From Inquilinus limosus (GTDB taxonomy: Bacteria > Pseudomonadota > Alphaproteobacteria > DSM-16000 > Inquilinaceae), in NCBI GenBank assembly GCA_019508225.1, contig JAEKLZ010000157.1, positions 1-54,359 of the forward strand: a stretch of 54,359 bases of DNA, in the 5' to 3' direction. Shown here piece after piece: positions 36,232 to 46,863 of this stretch (its first letter is position 1; every line of letters begins with the position of its first letter). The notes beneath the pieces were generated by a model that was not told the origin of the DNA, made no database searches, and saw only the letters and a program-made list of their open reading frames with translations. A program made the position numbers and the translations under genes.

Positions 36232-37286
36232 ACACCTTCGACTACGTCAGGCCCGCCACGATCTCCGATGCCGTCGCGGCTGCGGCCGAACCGGGGGCCG
36301 CCTATTTCGCGGCCGGCACGAACCTGCTCGACCTGATGAAGGGCGGCGTCTCCCGCCCCGGCCGTCTCGTCGACATCACGCGCCTGCCGGGGCTCGACGG
36401 CATCGAAGCCTTGCCCGATGGGGGGATTCGCATCGGGGCCCTGGTCCGGAATGCCGACCTCGCCCACGATCCGGATTTCGCCCGGAGCTATCCGGCGGTG
36501 GCGGAGGCGCTGCTGTCCGGCGCCTCGGCGCAGCTTCGCAACGCCGCCACGGTCGGCGGCAACCTGCTGCAGCGGACGCGCTGCGCGTATTTCTATGACA
36601 CCGCCGCCGCCTGCAACAGACGCGAGCCGGGCGCGGGCTGCGACGCCCGCGACGGCGAGAACCGGCTGCACGCCGTGCTCGGCTGGAGCGATGGCTGCAT
36701 CGCCACCCATCCTTCCGACTTCTGCGTGCCACTGGTCGCGCTGGATGCCGTGGCGGAGATCGAGGGCAGGGGCGGCCGGCGCGAGATCGCCGTCGAGGAT
36801 CTCCACTGCCTGCCGGGTGCGACGCCCGATCGCGAGAGCGCGCTCGATCCGGGCGACCTGATCGTCGCCATCCGCCTGCCGCCCACGGCCGCCGCATTCT
36901 CCGCTCATGCCCGCTATCTCAAGGTGCGCGAACGCACCTCCTATGCCTTCGCCGTCGTCTCGGCGGCGGCGGCGCTCCGCATCGAGGACGGCACGATCCG
37001 GGAGGCCCGGCTCGCGCTTGGCGGCGTGGCGGCCAAGCCATGGCGCGCCCGGGCAGCGGAGGCTGTCCTCGCCGGCGCCAGGCCGGGTGCGGCTGCCTTC
37101 CGGCAGGCCGCAGAGGCGGCCCTGAGTGACGCCAAGCCGTCCGGGGATAATGCCTACAAGATCGAGCTCGCACGCCGGGTTCTCGTTCGGACTCTGACGC
37201 TCGCCGCGGCCGGAACGCCCGAGCGCCTTCCCGCGCTTCCGGCCTCGCCGTTCTCATCTGCTTGCGGAGCGCGCCACGATGACTGA
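36228..37286 (+). CDS. paoB: Xanthine-dehydrogenase-family FAD subunit (PaoB/YagS-like)
   Basis: GTG start in a GTGA overlap; AAGTNLLDLMK; GASAQLRNAATVGGNLLQRTRCAYFYD...CNRREPGAGC...CIATHPSD (4Fe-4S insert); KVRERTSYAFA. Confidence 0.92.
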   Translation: MNTFDYVRPATISDAVAAAAEPGAAYFAAGTNLLDLMKGGVSRPGRLVDITRLPGLDGIEALPDGGIRIGALVRNADLAHDPDFARSYPAVAEALLSGASAQLRNAATVGGNLLQRTRCAYFYDTAAACNRREPGAGCDARDGENRLHAVLGWSDGCIATHPSDFCVPLVALDAVAEIEGRGGRREIAVEDLHCLPGATPDRESALDPGDLIVAIRLPPTAAAFSAHARYLKVRERTSYAFAVVSAAAALRIEDGTIREARLALGGVAAKPWRARAAEAVLAGARPGAAAFRQAAEAALSDAKPSGDNAYKIELARRVLVRTLTLAAAGTPERLPALPASPFSSACGARHDD

Positions 37287-39546
37287 GATCCGCCCCACAG
37301 CCGCTGCCGCCCACACGCGCCACGGCTCCAGCATCGGCCAGCCGCTGACGCGCCGCGACGGCATCCTGAAGGTCACCGGGGCGGCCCGTTACGCCGCGGA
37401 CAACCACCCGGCGGGAATGCTGTACGCGGTCCTGGCGGTCAGCCGCATCGCCCGCGGCCGGGTGACGGTCCTCGATATCGATGCGGCCAAGGCGCATCCC
37501 AGCGTGATCGAGGTCATGACTCCCGGGAACCGGCCGCCGCTGGCGATGGATCCGGACGAGAAGTCGAACCCGTTCATGTTCCGGATCGACGTGCTGCAGA
37601 ATGACCTGGTGCGCTACGCCAACCAGCCGATCGCGGTGGTGATCGCCGAGACGCTGGAGGCGGCGACGGAGGGCGCGGCGCTGCTGTCGCCGCAATACGA
37701 GACCCTGCCGCCGCGGGTGGGGCTCGACGTCGGAGAGAGCTTCGTGCCGCCGGCCGTCGGTGTCGGCAATCCGGCCCAGGTGGAACGGGGCGAGGTCGAG
37801 GCCACCCTCGCCGGTTCGCCGAACCGCGTCGAGGCGACTTACGAGACGCCCGACCAGTACCACAATGCCATGGAGCCGCACGCCATCGTCGCCGCCTGGG
37901 ACGGCGATGCCCTGTCGATCGATACGCCGAGCCAGGGGCTGGCGATGGCGCAGGGCCGGATCGCGGGGCTGTTCGGCATCCCGCCCGAGAAGATCCACAT
38001 CCGCAGTCCCTTCCTCGGCGGCGGCTTCGGCTCCAAGGGCCTGGTCTCGGGTCCGCAGATCCTCGGTATCCTCGCAGCCCGGCTGGTCGGCCGGCCGGTC
38101 AAGCTGGTGCTCCGCCGCGAACAGATGTACGGGCCGGTCGGCCATCGCGCGCCCTCCCGCCAGACGCTCCGGATCGGCCTCGACGGCGAGGGCCGGATCA
38201 CCGCGCTTGCCCATCACGCGAAGGTGACGTCGAGCAGCTTCGACGATTTCTTCGAGCCGGCAGCCGACGCCTCGCACACGCTCTATGCCAGCCCCGCCAT
38301 CGCCACCTCGCACGAAGTGGTCCGCGTCGACACCGGCACGCCGCTGTTCATGCGGGCGCCCGGGGAAGCCACCGGCTCGATCGCGCTGGAAAGCGCGATC
38401 GACGAGGCGGCCTGGGCCTCCGGGATGGACCCGCTGGCCTTCCGGCTGAAGAACTACGCCGAGGTCGAGCCGATCTCCGGCAAGCCGTTCTCTTCCAAGG
38501 CCCTGCGCGAATGCTATGCGGAGGGCGCGGCGCGCTTCGGCTGGTCGGGGCGGCCGCTCGCGCCGCGGCAGATGCGGGATGAGGCCGGCTTCCTCACCGG
38601 CTGGGGCGTGGGCACCGCGACCTTCCCGGCGCTGATGTTCCAGGCCCAGGCCCGCGCCGTGCTGCGGCGCGACGGCACCGGCGTGATGGAGACCGGCGCC
38701 CAGGATATGGGGCAGGGCGCCTGGACCGCCCTGGCCCAGATCGCGGCCGATGGTCTCGGGCTCGATCTCGATCAGGTGGAGTTCAGGGCCGGCTCATCCG
38801 ATCTCCCGGATGCCGGCATCGCCGGCGGCTCGGCCCACACGGCCACCGCCGGGATGGCGATCCACGGCGCCGGCGCCGCTGTCATCGCCAAGCTGACCGA
38901 TCTGGCGACGGGCGATCAGCGGTCGCCCCTGTTCGGGGCGGGAAATGCCGGGGTGCTGGCGCGAAGCGGCCGCCTGTTCCGCCGCGACGACGAAAGCCGT
39001 AGCGAGAGCTATGTCGACATTCTCGCCCGCGCCGGGCTGGCCGAGCTGGAGGGCCGTGGCAGGAGCGCCGCGGACCCCGCGGCTCAATCAGCCTATGCGA
39101 TGCATGCGCACGGGGCGGTCTTTGCCGAGGTCAAGGTCGACCCCGATCTCGGGCAGATCCGCGTCACCCGCCTCGTCGGCGCCTTTGCAGCCGGGCGGGT
39201 GATCAACCCGCGCCTCGTGCGCAGCCAGTACTATGGCGGCATGATCTGGGGCGTGTCCTTCGCGCTGCACGAGGAGGCGGTGATGGACCGGCGCTCGGGC
39301 CGCATCCTGAATGCCGATCTCGCCGAGTACCACGTTCCGGTGAATGCCGATGTGCCGTCGATCGATGCCCTGATGATCGAGGAGCACGATCCGCATGTGA
39401 ACGCCCTGGGCATCAAGGGGGTCGGGGAGATCGGCATCACCGGCACCGCCGGGGCCGTGGCGAACGCGGTCTGGCACGCCACGGGAACGCGCGTCCGCCG
39501 TTTTCCGATCAGGTTGCGTGACCTGCTGACGACCGCATCGGAGTAG
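37279..39546 (+). CDS. paoC: Xanthine-dehydrogenase-family molybdopterin subunit (PaoC/YagR-like)
   Basis: KVTGAARY, HNAMEPH, LGGGFGSK, MRAPGE, DMGQG, GGS, GIKGVGEIG. Confidence 0.93.
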   Translation: MTEIRPTAAAAHTRHGSSIGQPLTRRDGILKVTGAARYAADNHPAGMLYAVLAVSRIARGRVTVLDIDAAKAHPSVIEVMTPGNRPPLAMDPDEKSNPFMFRIDVLQNDLVRYANQPIAVVIAETLEAATEGAALLSPQYETLPPRVGLDVGESFVPPAVGVGNPAQVERGEVEATLAGSPNRVEATYETPDQYHNAMEPHAIVAAWDGDALSIDTPSQGLAMAQGRIAGLFGIPPEKIHIRSPFLGGGFGSKGLVSGPQILGILAARLVGRPVKLVLRREQMYGPVGHRAPSRQTLRIGLDGEGRITALAHHAKVTSSSFDDFFEPAADASHTLYASPAIATSHEVVRVDTGTPLFMRAPGEATGSIALESAIDEAAWASGMDPLAFRLKNYAEVEPISGKPFSSKALRECYAEGAARFGWSGRPLAPRQMRDEAGFLTGWGVGTATFPALMFQAQARAVLRRDGTGVMETGAQDMGQGAWTALAQIAADGLGLDLDQVEFRAGSSDLPDAGIAGGSAHTATAGMAIHGAGAAVIAKLTDLATGDQRSPLFGAGNAGVLARSGRLFRRDDESRSESYVDILARAGLAELEGRGRSAADPAAQSAYAMHAHGAVFAEVKVDPDLGQIRVTRLVGAFAAGRVINPRLVRSQYYGGMIWGVSFALHEEAVMDRRSGRILNADLAEYHVPVNADVPSIDALMIEEHDPHVNALGIKGVGEIGITGTAGAVANAVWHATGTRVRRFPIRLRDLLTTASE

Positions 39547-39639
39547 GCGGCTGGATGGTGGGCGGTTCGCGTACTCCGCAGGCAACCTGGGGCCATCTTC
39601 AGGTTGACCCCGCTGCGTCCGTCGGGTGCCGTGTCGTGG

Positions 39640-39864
39640 TTGAGGGATATCGCCTCGGCGCGAAGCACTCGTCGCGCCGGATGCCGAGGCCCAGGGCGCC
39701 GCGCAGCGCCTGCAGTTCGGCCCAGCTGACATATCCGAGCTCGGGGCAGCCGAGGCCGAGATCGCAGAGGCCGAAGAGGGTGTCGCCGTCCTCCATCAGT
39801 TCGGTGAGGAGCCAGACGGCCACGCCCAAGGGGCATAGAGCTTCACCACCGGCACGGGGTCATG
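39640..39864 (-). pseudogene. Frameshifted DUF2958-like gene remnant
   Basis: HDPVPVVKLYAP, then a frameshift near 39830, then LGVAVWLLTELMEDGDTLFGLCDLGLGCPELGYVS..EL..LRG.LGLGI.RD. Confidence 0.75.
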
Positions 39865-40341
39865 CCAGGGGCCGGCCGGAATTTGGCGGCCAGCCGCTCG
39901 CACAGGGGATCAGGAGCATGGCGCCGCCTCCAGGATCAGGTCGGCCGCCTGGCTGGCAGCGCGAAAGTGTTCTGCCGAGCCTTCAGAGGGAAACTTAAGC
40001 CTGCTCCGAACACCGCGGCCAGCACGCGAGTAGGGCACGTCACGCGCTCTCCCACGCCTTCAGCGCAGGTCGGTCGGTACCTTAGTGATTACAGTGCTGT
40101 CCGTCCCGTCGCTCGGCATCCACTGTGTGAGAAGCGCCATGACCGCACGCGGCTCGATACCGGCGCTCCCGTGACTGATGGTGAGCGTCTGCGACCTTGG
40201 CGCAGCCCTGACTACGATGTACGGGACCGTTCATGGTATCGACATCGACGAGCACAGCGCGCCGACAGGTCAGAATGGACAAGCCGGGACAGCGCCCATA
40301 CCCTTCGTCAAGCTAGAAATTGCTAAAAGAGGTTAAACGCC

Positions 40342-43179
40342 GTGGTCGACGCGTCCGCCTTGCGCGAACGCGCCTTTTCGTTCGGCCCTTTCCGCCTCCT
40401 TCCGTCTCGGCAGCTCCTTCTGGAGGGGGAAAGGCCAGTGCGTTTGGGCAATCGGTCCCTGGAGATCCTGACCGCACTGGTCGAACGTCCGGGCGAGTTG
40501 GTCACCAAGACAGAATTGATGGCCCGTGTTTGGCCCGGTATCGTCGTCGAAGAAGCCAATCTCAGGGTCCAGATCACGGCGCTGAGAAAAGCGCTCGGCG
40601 AAGGTCGGCCCGGACATCGCTATGTCGCGAATGTTTCGGGCCGCGGCTACCGCTTTGTTGCTTCGGTGAAGCCCTGCGAGCCGGTAGCGGTGGCTCAGAG
40701 CTCCGCCGTCCAGCGCATGCACAATTTGCCACCTTCTTTGATCCGGACAGTCGGCCGCGCCGATACTGTCGGTGCGTTGCTGAGGCATCTGCAGCAGCAC
40801 CGGCTTGTCTCCATCGTCGGGGCCGGGGGCATCGGCAAGACAACCGTTGCGCTCGCCGCAGCCGACACCCTGATGTCTGCTTATGACCATGGGATCTGGT
40901 TCGTCGATCTGGCACCGTTGCGCGATCCTCGACTCGTGCCGAGCACTCTGGCGTCGGCGCTCGGGCTGACAATTCGCTCACAGGAAATCGTCAAGGGGGT
41001 AATGAACTATCTGCGGGATAAGCGATTGCTGATCCTGCTCGACAATTGCGAGCATGTCATCGGGGCCGCGGCCTCTGTGGCGGAGCGGATCATGACCGAC
41101 GCTCCGGCCGCGCACATCCTGGCGACGAGCCGTGAACCGCTGCGGTCGAGACATGAACACGTGCACCGCCTGCCGCCGCTGGCGAGCCCGCCCTACCGGT
41201 CCGACCCGACGGCAGCCGAGGCGCTCAGCTTTCCGGCGGTGCAGCTCTTTGTCGAACGCGCAACGGCCAGCCGGGAGGATTTCGAGCTCAGCGATCTCGA
41301 CGCGCCCATCGTTTCGGATATCTGCCGCAGGCTGGACGGGATCGCACTCGCGATCGAGCTCGCGGCCGCACGCATCGATGCATTCGGGATCCGCCAGCTC
41401 GCGGCTCTTCTCGACGATGGATTCCCGTTGAGGAACCTGGGCAGAAGGACTGCTCCGCCGCGGCAGCAGACCCTGGCCGCGACATTCGATTGGAGCTACG
41501 AGCTGCTGCTCGAGGATGAGCGCATCATCCTGCGACGCCTGTCCATTTTCGCCAGCGATTTCACGCTCGAATCCGCCTACGCCGTAGCGGCAGATGGCAA
41601 GGTCGCTGTGTCGGAGATCGTGGAGGGGATGGCAAACCTGGTGGCGAAATCGCTGATCTCCGCAGATGTGAGCGGTGTCGCCACGCAATACCGTTTGCTC
41701 GACACGACGCGTGCTTACGCTCTCCTGAAGCTCGCCGAGGCCGGAGAAGCCCAACTCGTCGCCCGACTTCATGCCGGGCATCACCGGGATCTGTTGGCAC
41801 GGGCGGCGACCGAATTGGAGACGCGTTCCGACGCCGACTGGCTGGCAGCTTACGGCCGCAAGATCGATGACGTTCGCGCTGCGCTGGACTGGGCGTTCTC
41901 TGCGGATGGAGACCGCTCTATCGGCGTGTCGTTGACCGTCACGGCGATTGACCTATGGATGCATCTCTCGTTGTGGGGTGAATGCTGTTTGTGCATTGAG
42001 CGGGCACTCGCCGAGGAGCCGGGTCGAGTCCGGGAGAGCGATCAGATGAAGCTCTATGCCGCCCTCAGTATATCGCTCCGCCGTATCAGCGGGCCAAAAT
42101 ATGACGTCGGATTTTCCTGGAATAAAGTGCTTCATATAGCCGAGAGGCTTAATGACAAAGAGTATAGGCTGCAAGCACTTTGGGGGTTATCCAGCTATCA
42201 TCGCTCTCGTGGAAGTCATCGAGCGGCATTGAGGCTCGCAGAGATGTGTCGCGATGCTGCGGGCGAAATCGACAACTCTGCTGTTCAACTCGCGGCCGAT
42301 AGACTGATTGCTGGTGCGCTCTTCCATTTGGGACGCCACGACGACGCACGGCGCATCGTCGATCGCTTCCTCGCGCAATATCGCAGCCCGGTTCAAGCGG
42401 CGAATCATGCCCGCTTTCCATATGACCAACGGGTCAGGGCGTTCGGAATTCTGTCCAATATTCTCTGGTTGCAAGGATACCCGGATCAGGCGTTACACAC
42501 GGCGGAAACTGCCGTACGAGAGGCTCAAACCAAGCTTGGGAGATCGGCTCTCTCTGACGTTCTCATCCACTGGCCTCTAGCAGTCGCACTATACGTTGGG
42601 GATTGGGCCGGTGCCGAACGCTTGCTCATCATCATCAGAGAGAATTTGGCGAACCAGCCGCTGGGTATCCAGCACGCGACGGCAAATTGTCTGGAAGGCG
42701 TGCTGCTCATCCAGCGGGGCGATGTCATTGGGGTGCCGCTGCTACGCAGGGCGGTCGATGAGCTTCGCGAGGCGGCGTTTCTCATGCGTCTCCCAGCGCA
42801 TCTTGGCACCCTGGCGCAGGGGCTGATGCTGGACGGGCAGGCCGTGCAAGCCCGCAACGTGATCGATGAAGCGATCGAGATGTCCGAGCGAAATGAGGAG
42901 CGCTGGTGCCTCCCGGAATTGCTTCGCATCAAAGGCGAGCTCCAGCAATCGGAGGAGCACTGTCGGCAGGCGATTGACCTCGCGCGGCGGCAGGGCGCCT
43001 TATCATGGGAACTTAGGGCCGCCACGAGCCTGGCTCAGCTCTGGTACCGGAGCGACCATATTGCGGACGCTCACGAGCTCCTCTCCTCCGTCTACGATCG
43101 CTTTACAGAGGGCTACGAGACGCGTGATCTCAGGACAGCCGGCGCGTGGATCGGCAGGCGTCGGCCGCGTCAGGGTTGA
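40342..43179 (+). CDS. Large regulator: OmpR-type winged helix + NB-ARC-like ATPase + TPR-like C-terminus
   Basis: FSFGPFRL...LVERPGELVTKTELMARVWP...EANLRVQITALRKAL; GAGGIGKTT; LLDNCEH; ATSREPL; LDGIALAIELAAAR; QGALSWELRAATSLA. Confidence 0.92.
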   Translation: MVDASALRERAFSFGPFRLLPSRQLLLEGERPVRLGNRSLEILTALVERPGELVTKTELMARVWPGIVVEEANLRVQITALRKALGEGRPGHRYVANVSGRGYRFVASVKPCEPVAVAQSSAVQRMHNLPPSLIRTVGRADTVGALLRHLQQHRLVSIVGAGGIGKTTVALAAADTLMSAYDHGIWFVDLAPLRDPRLVPSTLASALGLTIRSQEIVKGVMNYLRDKRLLILLDNCEHVIGAAASVAERIMTDAPAAHILATSREPLRSRHEHVHRLPPLASPPYRSDPTAAEALSFPAVQLFVERATASREDFELSDLDAPIVSDICRRLDGIALAIELAAARIDAFGIRQLAALLDDGFPLRNLGRRTAPPRQQTLAATFDWSYELLLEDERIILRRLSIFASDFTLESAYAVAADGKVAVSEIVEGMANLVAKSLISADVSGVATQYRLLDTTRAYALLKLAEAGEAQLVARLHAGHHRDLLARAATELETRSDADWLAAYGRKIDDVRAALDWAFSADGDRSIGVSLTVTAIDLWMHLSLWGECCLCIERALAEEPGRVRESDQMKLYAALSISLRRISGPKYDVGFSWNKVLHIAERLNDKEYRLQALWGLSSYHRSRGSHRAALRLAEMCRDAAGEIDNSAVQLAADRLIAGALFHLGRHDDARRIVDRFLAQYRSPVQAANHARFPYDQRVRAFGILSNILWLQGYPDQALHTAETAVREAQTKLGRSALSDVLIHWPLAVALYVGDWAGAERLLIIIRENLANQPLGIQHATANCLEGVLLIQRGDVIGVPLLRRAVDELREAAFLMRLPAHLGTLAQGLMLDGQAVQARNVIDEAIEMSERNEERWCLPELLRIKGELQQSEEHCRQAIDLARRQGALSWELRAATSLAQLWYRSDHIADAHELLSSVYDRFTEGYETRDLRTAGAWIGRRRPRQG

Positions 43180-43655
43180 TGGGGCGTATCACGCCGGCTG
43201 CAACGATGCTTGGCGCGTGAGCCCGGTCCGACGGCGTATCGGCCACCGTCTCGGTCGGGCGAGGCGCATCGGCCGTTATGGGAGGGAAGTATGCGGTAGT
43301 CGCCGCTTCTCTGGCCAAGGACTTTGCCCCTCGACGCGCTAGCGGAGCTGGGCACAATTTTTTCCTTTCTTTACCAGAGTAAACTCACTGCCAGCCTGCG
43401 TTGCACGCATTATTCCGGCAACGTGTCATCGAGCGATGCCACGTCTTTATCAAAGCTCTTTGCCATGAGGGTTTTCGATCACGTCGCGTTCGGCGGAGCA
43501 CCAAAATGAAGCGGCGCTTGTTGTGCCCCGCGGCGCGGAACGTCGCGACCATGCGGTTTCGATCCCAGTGATGCAGATCTGGCCCGACGCCGTCGGGCCG
43601 TCCCATGACGAACCCTATGTCGAGGTCTTCAAGATTGGCTTGAGAGGATCCAGCG

Positions 43656-44441
43656 ATGCAAGCGTCGAGCGACCGTCACGATCCTGAGTATGACCATGCC
43701 GAGTTCAGCCGAGCCACCGCCAGCATCGACACGGTCACGATGATGGAGCTGTCTCACGAGAACCGGCTCGCGACCCTGGGTTATCTCGCCGCCTCGATCA
43801 CCCATGAGATGAAGCAGCCCATTGCCGCAGCTGTGACCAATGCCATGGCGGGCCTGCGTTGGCTCGACCGCCCGCGGCCCGACTTGGACAGGGCTCGGGC
43901 GGCCTTCGATCGTATCGTCCGGGACAGCAATCGCGCGAGCAACACGCTCGGCCGGATCCGGGCCTTGATCAGGAAGGCGCCGGCCCAGACCGATCGCCTG
44001 GAGATCAATGAAGCGATCCGCGAGGTGATCGAGCTCACCTGTCGCGAAACGACGAAGAACGCGATCTCGGTGCGGACAGACTTCGCGGATGGTTTGCCGC
44101 TGATCGAAGGCGATCGGGTCCAACTGCAACAGGTTGCCCTCAACCTGGTCATCAATGCGGTCGAAGCCATGAGCGGGGTCAGCGCGGGAGCGCGAGAGCT
44201 GCTGGTCAGCACCGGTCGGACCGAAACAGGCGAAGTGCGTGTGGCGGTGCGGGATTCCGGCCCGGGCGTCGACCCGAACAGTGTGAACCGGCTGTTCGAG
44301 GCCTTCTACACAACGAAGCCCAGCGGGACGGGCATAGGCTTGGCGATCTGTCGCTCGATCGTCGAGGCGCACGGGGGCCGGCTGTGGTTCGAGACGAATC
44401 AGCCGCAAGGAGCCGTCTTTCAATTCGCAGTGCCGACCTAG
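43656..44441 (+). CDS. Histidine kinase core (HisKA + HATPase, NodV/FixL-like) lacking a sensor domain; possibly a remnant
   Basis: H-box ASITHEMKQP, N-box QVALNLVINAVEAM, G1 DSGPG, F-box FEAFYTTK, G2 GTGIGL. Only ~30 residues precede the DHp domain. Confidence 0.82.
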   Translation: MQASSDRHDPEYDHAEFSRATASIDTVTMMELSHENRLATLGYLAASITHEMKQPIAAAVTNAMAGLRWLDRPRPDLDRARAAFDRIVRDSNRASNTLGRIRALIRKAPAQTDRLEINEAIREVIELTCRETTKNAISVRTDFADGLPLIEGDRVQLQQVALNLVINAVEAMSGVSAGARELLVSTGRTETGEVRVAVRDSGPGVDPNSVNRLFEAFYTTKPSGTGIGLAICRSIVEAHGGRLWFETNQPQGAVFQFAVPT

Positions 44442-44597
44442 CTGCGCCGCTTCGGCCGGGCACCACTCCTGCCGGGCACGTCGGCACCCGCGGGCGAATG
44501 GTTCGCCGGCGGCTGAGCCAGCCCGGCTGTGTTATGGCCAATGGCGCCCCAATTCCACTGTCGTTCGGCGCCGGCGGGCGTTTCGCAGGCGGTAGAC

Positions 44598-44612
44598 AAA
44601 CCCAGGTATAGG
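44598..44612 (-). promoter_or_regulatory. Copy of a 15-bp motif (CCTATACCTGGGTTT) shared with 47967-47981
   Basis: 14/15 identity to the site in the transporter/hydrolase divergent region; A(T/A)AC-N4-GT(T/A)T core. Confidence 0.45.
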
Positions 44613-44659
44613 CGCCACGGGCATGAGGGCGGTTCAGGCAGCCGTCAGCCGACGTGGCG

Positions 44660-45043
44660 TCAGTTCGGTCGGGACTCCGGCGGCAGCGCCGAGGCCAGAC
44701 ATCCGATCAGCACCCCGATATCGACCGACTTCTCCAGAAATCCATGGGCGCCCCCGGCCAGGGCTTTCGATCGCGTCGCCGCGTCGGTGTCGGAGGTCAT
44801 GAAGACCATCGGGGAGGGACTGCCCTCGGCATTCAGCAGGGCCTGCAGATCGAGGCCGGTCATGCCCCCCATCCACACGTCGACGATCATGCAGTCAACC
44901 GCGGCCCGGCCGGGAAAGGCCAGGAACGCCTCGGCCGAAGCAAAGGGCAGGGCGCGATAGCCCTGCGAGGAGAGGAGATCCTCCAGCGCCTCGCGAATGG
45001 CGTAATCATCGTCAATGATGGCGATGACGGGGAACTGAGACAC
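44660..45043 (-). CDS. Single-domain response regulator (receiver only)
   Basis: IAIIDDD, IVDVWM (phospho-Asp), VFMTS, FLEK. Confidence 0.88.
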   Translation of the reverse strand: MSQFPVIAIIDDDYAIREALEDLLSSQGYRALPFASAEAFLAFPGRAAVDCMIVDVWMGGMTGLDLQALLNAEGSPSPMVFMTSDTDAATRSKALAGGAHGFLEKSVDIGVLIGCLASALPPESRPN

Positions 45044-45167
45044 GATACCTCCGAGGACAGCGAAACGGGACTATGGCTCGCTGTCCTGGATAGCTGATCT
45101 GCCAGAAGTCCGATACCATACGCATGTAGAGGGCGGGGCGTCCATTAGTCCAGCGCATGTAAAATGC

Positions 45168-45800
45168 TCAACGCTCCAGTAATTCGGATTTCCGAACCAG
45201 GTCGGCGACCGACCGGACACCCATTTTTCGCATGACGTTGCCACGGTGCAGCTTGACAGTGATCTCACTGATGCCGAGCAGGCCGGCGATCTGCTTGTTC
45301 ATCAGCCCCTTGACCACTGCCGCCATGACCTCGGCCTCGCGCGGGGTCAGGGTGGCGGCCAGCGCCGCCACCTGCTTCGCCGCCGCGGCATCCCGGCGCT
45401 GCGCCATGTCCTTGTCGATGGCGGTGGCCACCGCGTCCAGCATGTCCTGGTCGCGGAAAGGCTTGGTCAGGAAATCCAGGGCCCCGGCCTTCATCGCCCG
45501 CACGCTCATCGGGATGTCGCCATGGCCGGTCATGAAGATGATCGGGCGGGTGTTGCCGCTGCGCGCCAGCTGGGCCTGCAGGTCCAGCCCGCTCAAGCCC
45601 GGCAGGCGGACGTCAAGGATCAGGCAGCCGGGCCGGTCGCTCGGGGTGGCGTCCAGCAGCTCCCGGGTCGACCCGAAGCTTTTCGCCTCGATCCCGACCG
45701 AGCGCAGCAGGTCGGTCAGCGCCTCGCGGATGCCCTCGTCGTCGTCGACGATCAGGACGAGGGGCGTGTCGGTGGATGTCGCCGCGGCTGATGCGCTCAT
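45168..45800 (-). CDS. FixJ/NodW/StyR-type response regulator (REC + LuxR HTH)
   Basis: IVDDD, ILDVRLPG, FMTGHGDIPMSVRAMKAGALDFLTKPF, LTPRE...GLMNKQIA..LGISEITVKLHRGNVMRKM. Confidence 0.93.
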   Translation of the reverse strand: MSASAAATSTDTPLVLIVDDDEGIREALTDLLRSVGIEAKSFGSTRELLDATPSDRPGCLILDVRLPGLSGLDLQAQLARSGNTRPIIFMTGHGDIPMSVRAMKAGALDFLTKPFRDQDMLDAVATAIDKDMAQRRDAAAAKQVAALAATLTPREAEVMAAVVKGLMNKQIAGLLGISEITVKLHRGNVMRKMGVRSVADLVRKSELLER

Positions 45801-46012
45801 GACATTTACGTGGTGTCGCAGTCCGCCGACAGCGCGAACTCGAATACCGCTCCCCATGCTTGTTATGTCTGGCCGTCGATCGAAACCCGGACCTGCTTGA
45901 CGAAAGACCGATGATGAGCCTGGGGCCGGCGCCACCAACCGTCAAGCTGCCGGGCGCCCCGCATGGGCCGAATCCCAAGCCCAGAGAACCCGATGCCGAT
46001 CGGAGGCGCCGG

Positions 46013-46792
46013 TCAGAGGGCCATGCCGCCCGAAACCTCGATCCGCTGGGCATTCACCCACCGGTGATCCTCCGACAACAGGGACGCAATCATGGGGCCG
46101 ATATCTTCCGGCAACCCGGTCCGCCCGAGAGCCGTCATGTCCGCCACCCGCTTGTTCAGCTCGGGATTGTCCCGAACCATCCCGCCGCTGAAATCGGTCG
46201 CAATGGCGCCAGGCGCGACCGTGTTGACGGCGATCCGCCGTGGCCCCAGCTCCTTTGCCATATAGCGGGTCAGCACCTCGACCGCTCCCTTCATCGACGC
46301 GTAGGCACCGCTGCCCGGTATCGTGATGCGTGTCAGCCCGGTGGAGATGTTCACGATGCGCCCGCCGTCATTGATGAGCGGCAGCAGCTTCTGTGTGAGA
46401 AAGAAGACGCCCTTGAAATGAATATTGTAGAGCGCGTCGAGCTCCTCCTCGGTCGTGCTCTCGAACGCATTGTGGTGGGATATGCCGGCGTTGTTCACGA
46501 GGTAGTCGAACCGCTGGGCGCCAAGCTCGACCAACGCGGCCGCGAGGTTGGGCACGAACGCGCCGATCGATCCGGTATTGCCGGTATCGAGCTGCAGCGC
46601 CAAGGCCTTGCCGCCGGCTTCCGTAGCAAGTTCGCTCACCTTGTCCGCCTCTGCCCTGCTGGTGTTGTAGGTGAAGACGGACTCGACCCCGCGCTTGGCG
46701 AGATTCAGGACAATCGAGCGGCCCAGGCCTCGGCTGCCGCCTGTGACGACCGCGATTTTCCGAGGCCCGGTCAAAGACATGGTGCTGATCAT
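46013..46792 (-). CDS. Short-chain dehydrogenase/reductase
   Basis: TGGSRGLG, VNNAG, YASMK (YxxxK), APGAIATDF; RBS AAGGAG. Confidence 0.93.
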   Translation of the reverse strand: MISTMSLTGPRKIAVVTGGSRGLGRSIVLNLAKRGVESVFTYNTSRAEADKVSELATEAGGKALALQLDTGNTGSIGAFVPNLAAALVELGAQRFDYLVNNAGISHHNAFESTTEEELDALYNIHFKGVFFLTQKLLPLINDGGRIVNISTGLTRITIPGSGAYASMKGAVEVLTRYMAKELGPRRIAVNTVAPGAIATDFSGGMVRDNPELNKRVADMTALGRTGLPEDIGPMIASLLSEDHRWVNAQRIEVSGGMAL

Positions 46793-46863
46793 CTTTGCAC
46801 TCCTTCTTGGATGATGGCGCATGACGATGCAGGTGCAACGCTGTGGTTCGACGGAGATCCGCG

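Noticed and set aside
40342-43179. NLR-like (STAND/Avs) anti-phage protein
   Set aside because: The N-terminal OmpR-type DNA-binding domain and overall layout match common transcriptional regulators; no nuclease, TIR or SIR2 effector.
43180-43650. Short ORFs in the spacer after the large regulator
   Set aside because: No RBS or motif support; probably decayed or non-coding sequence.
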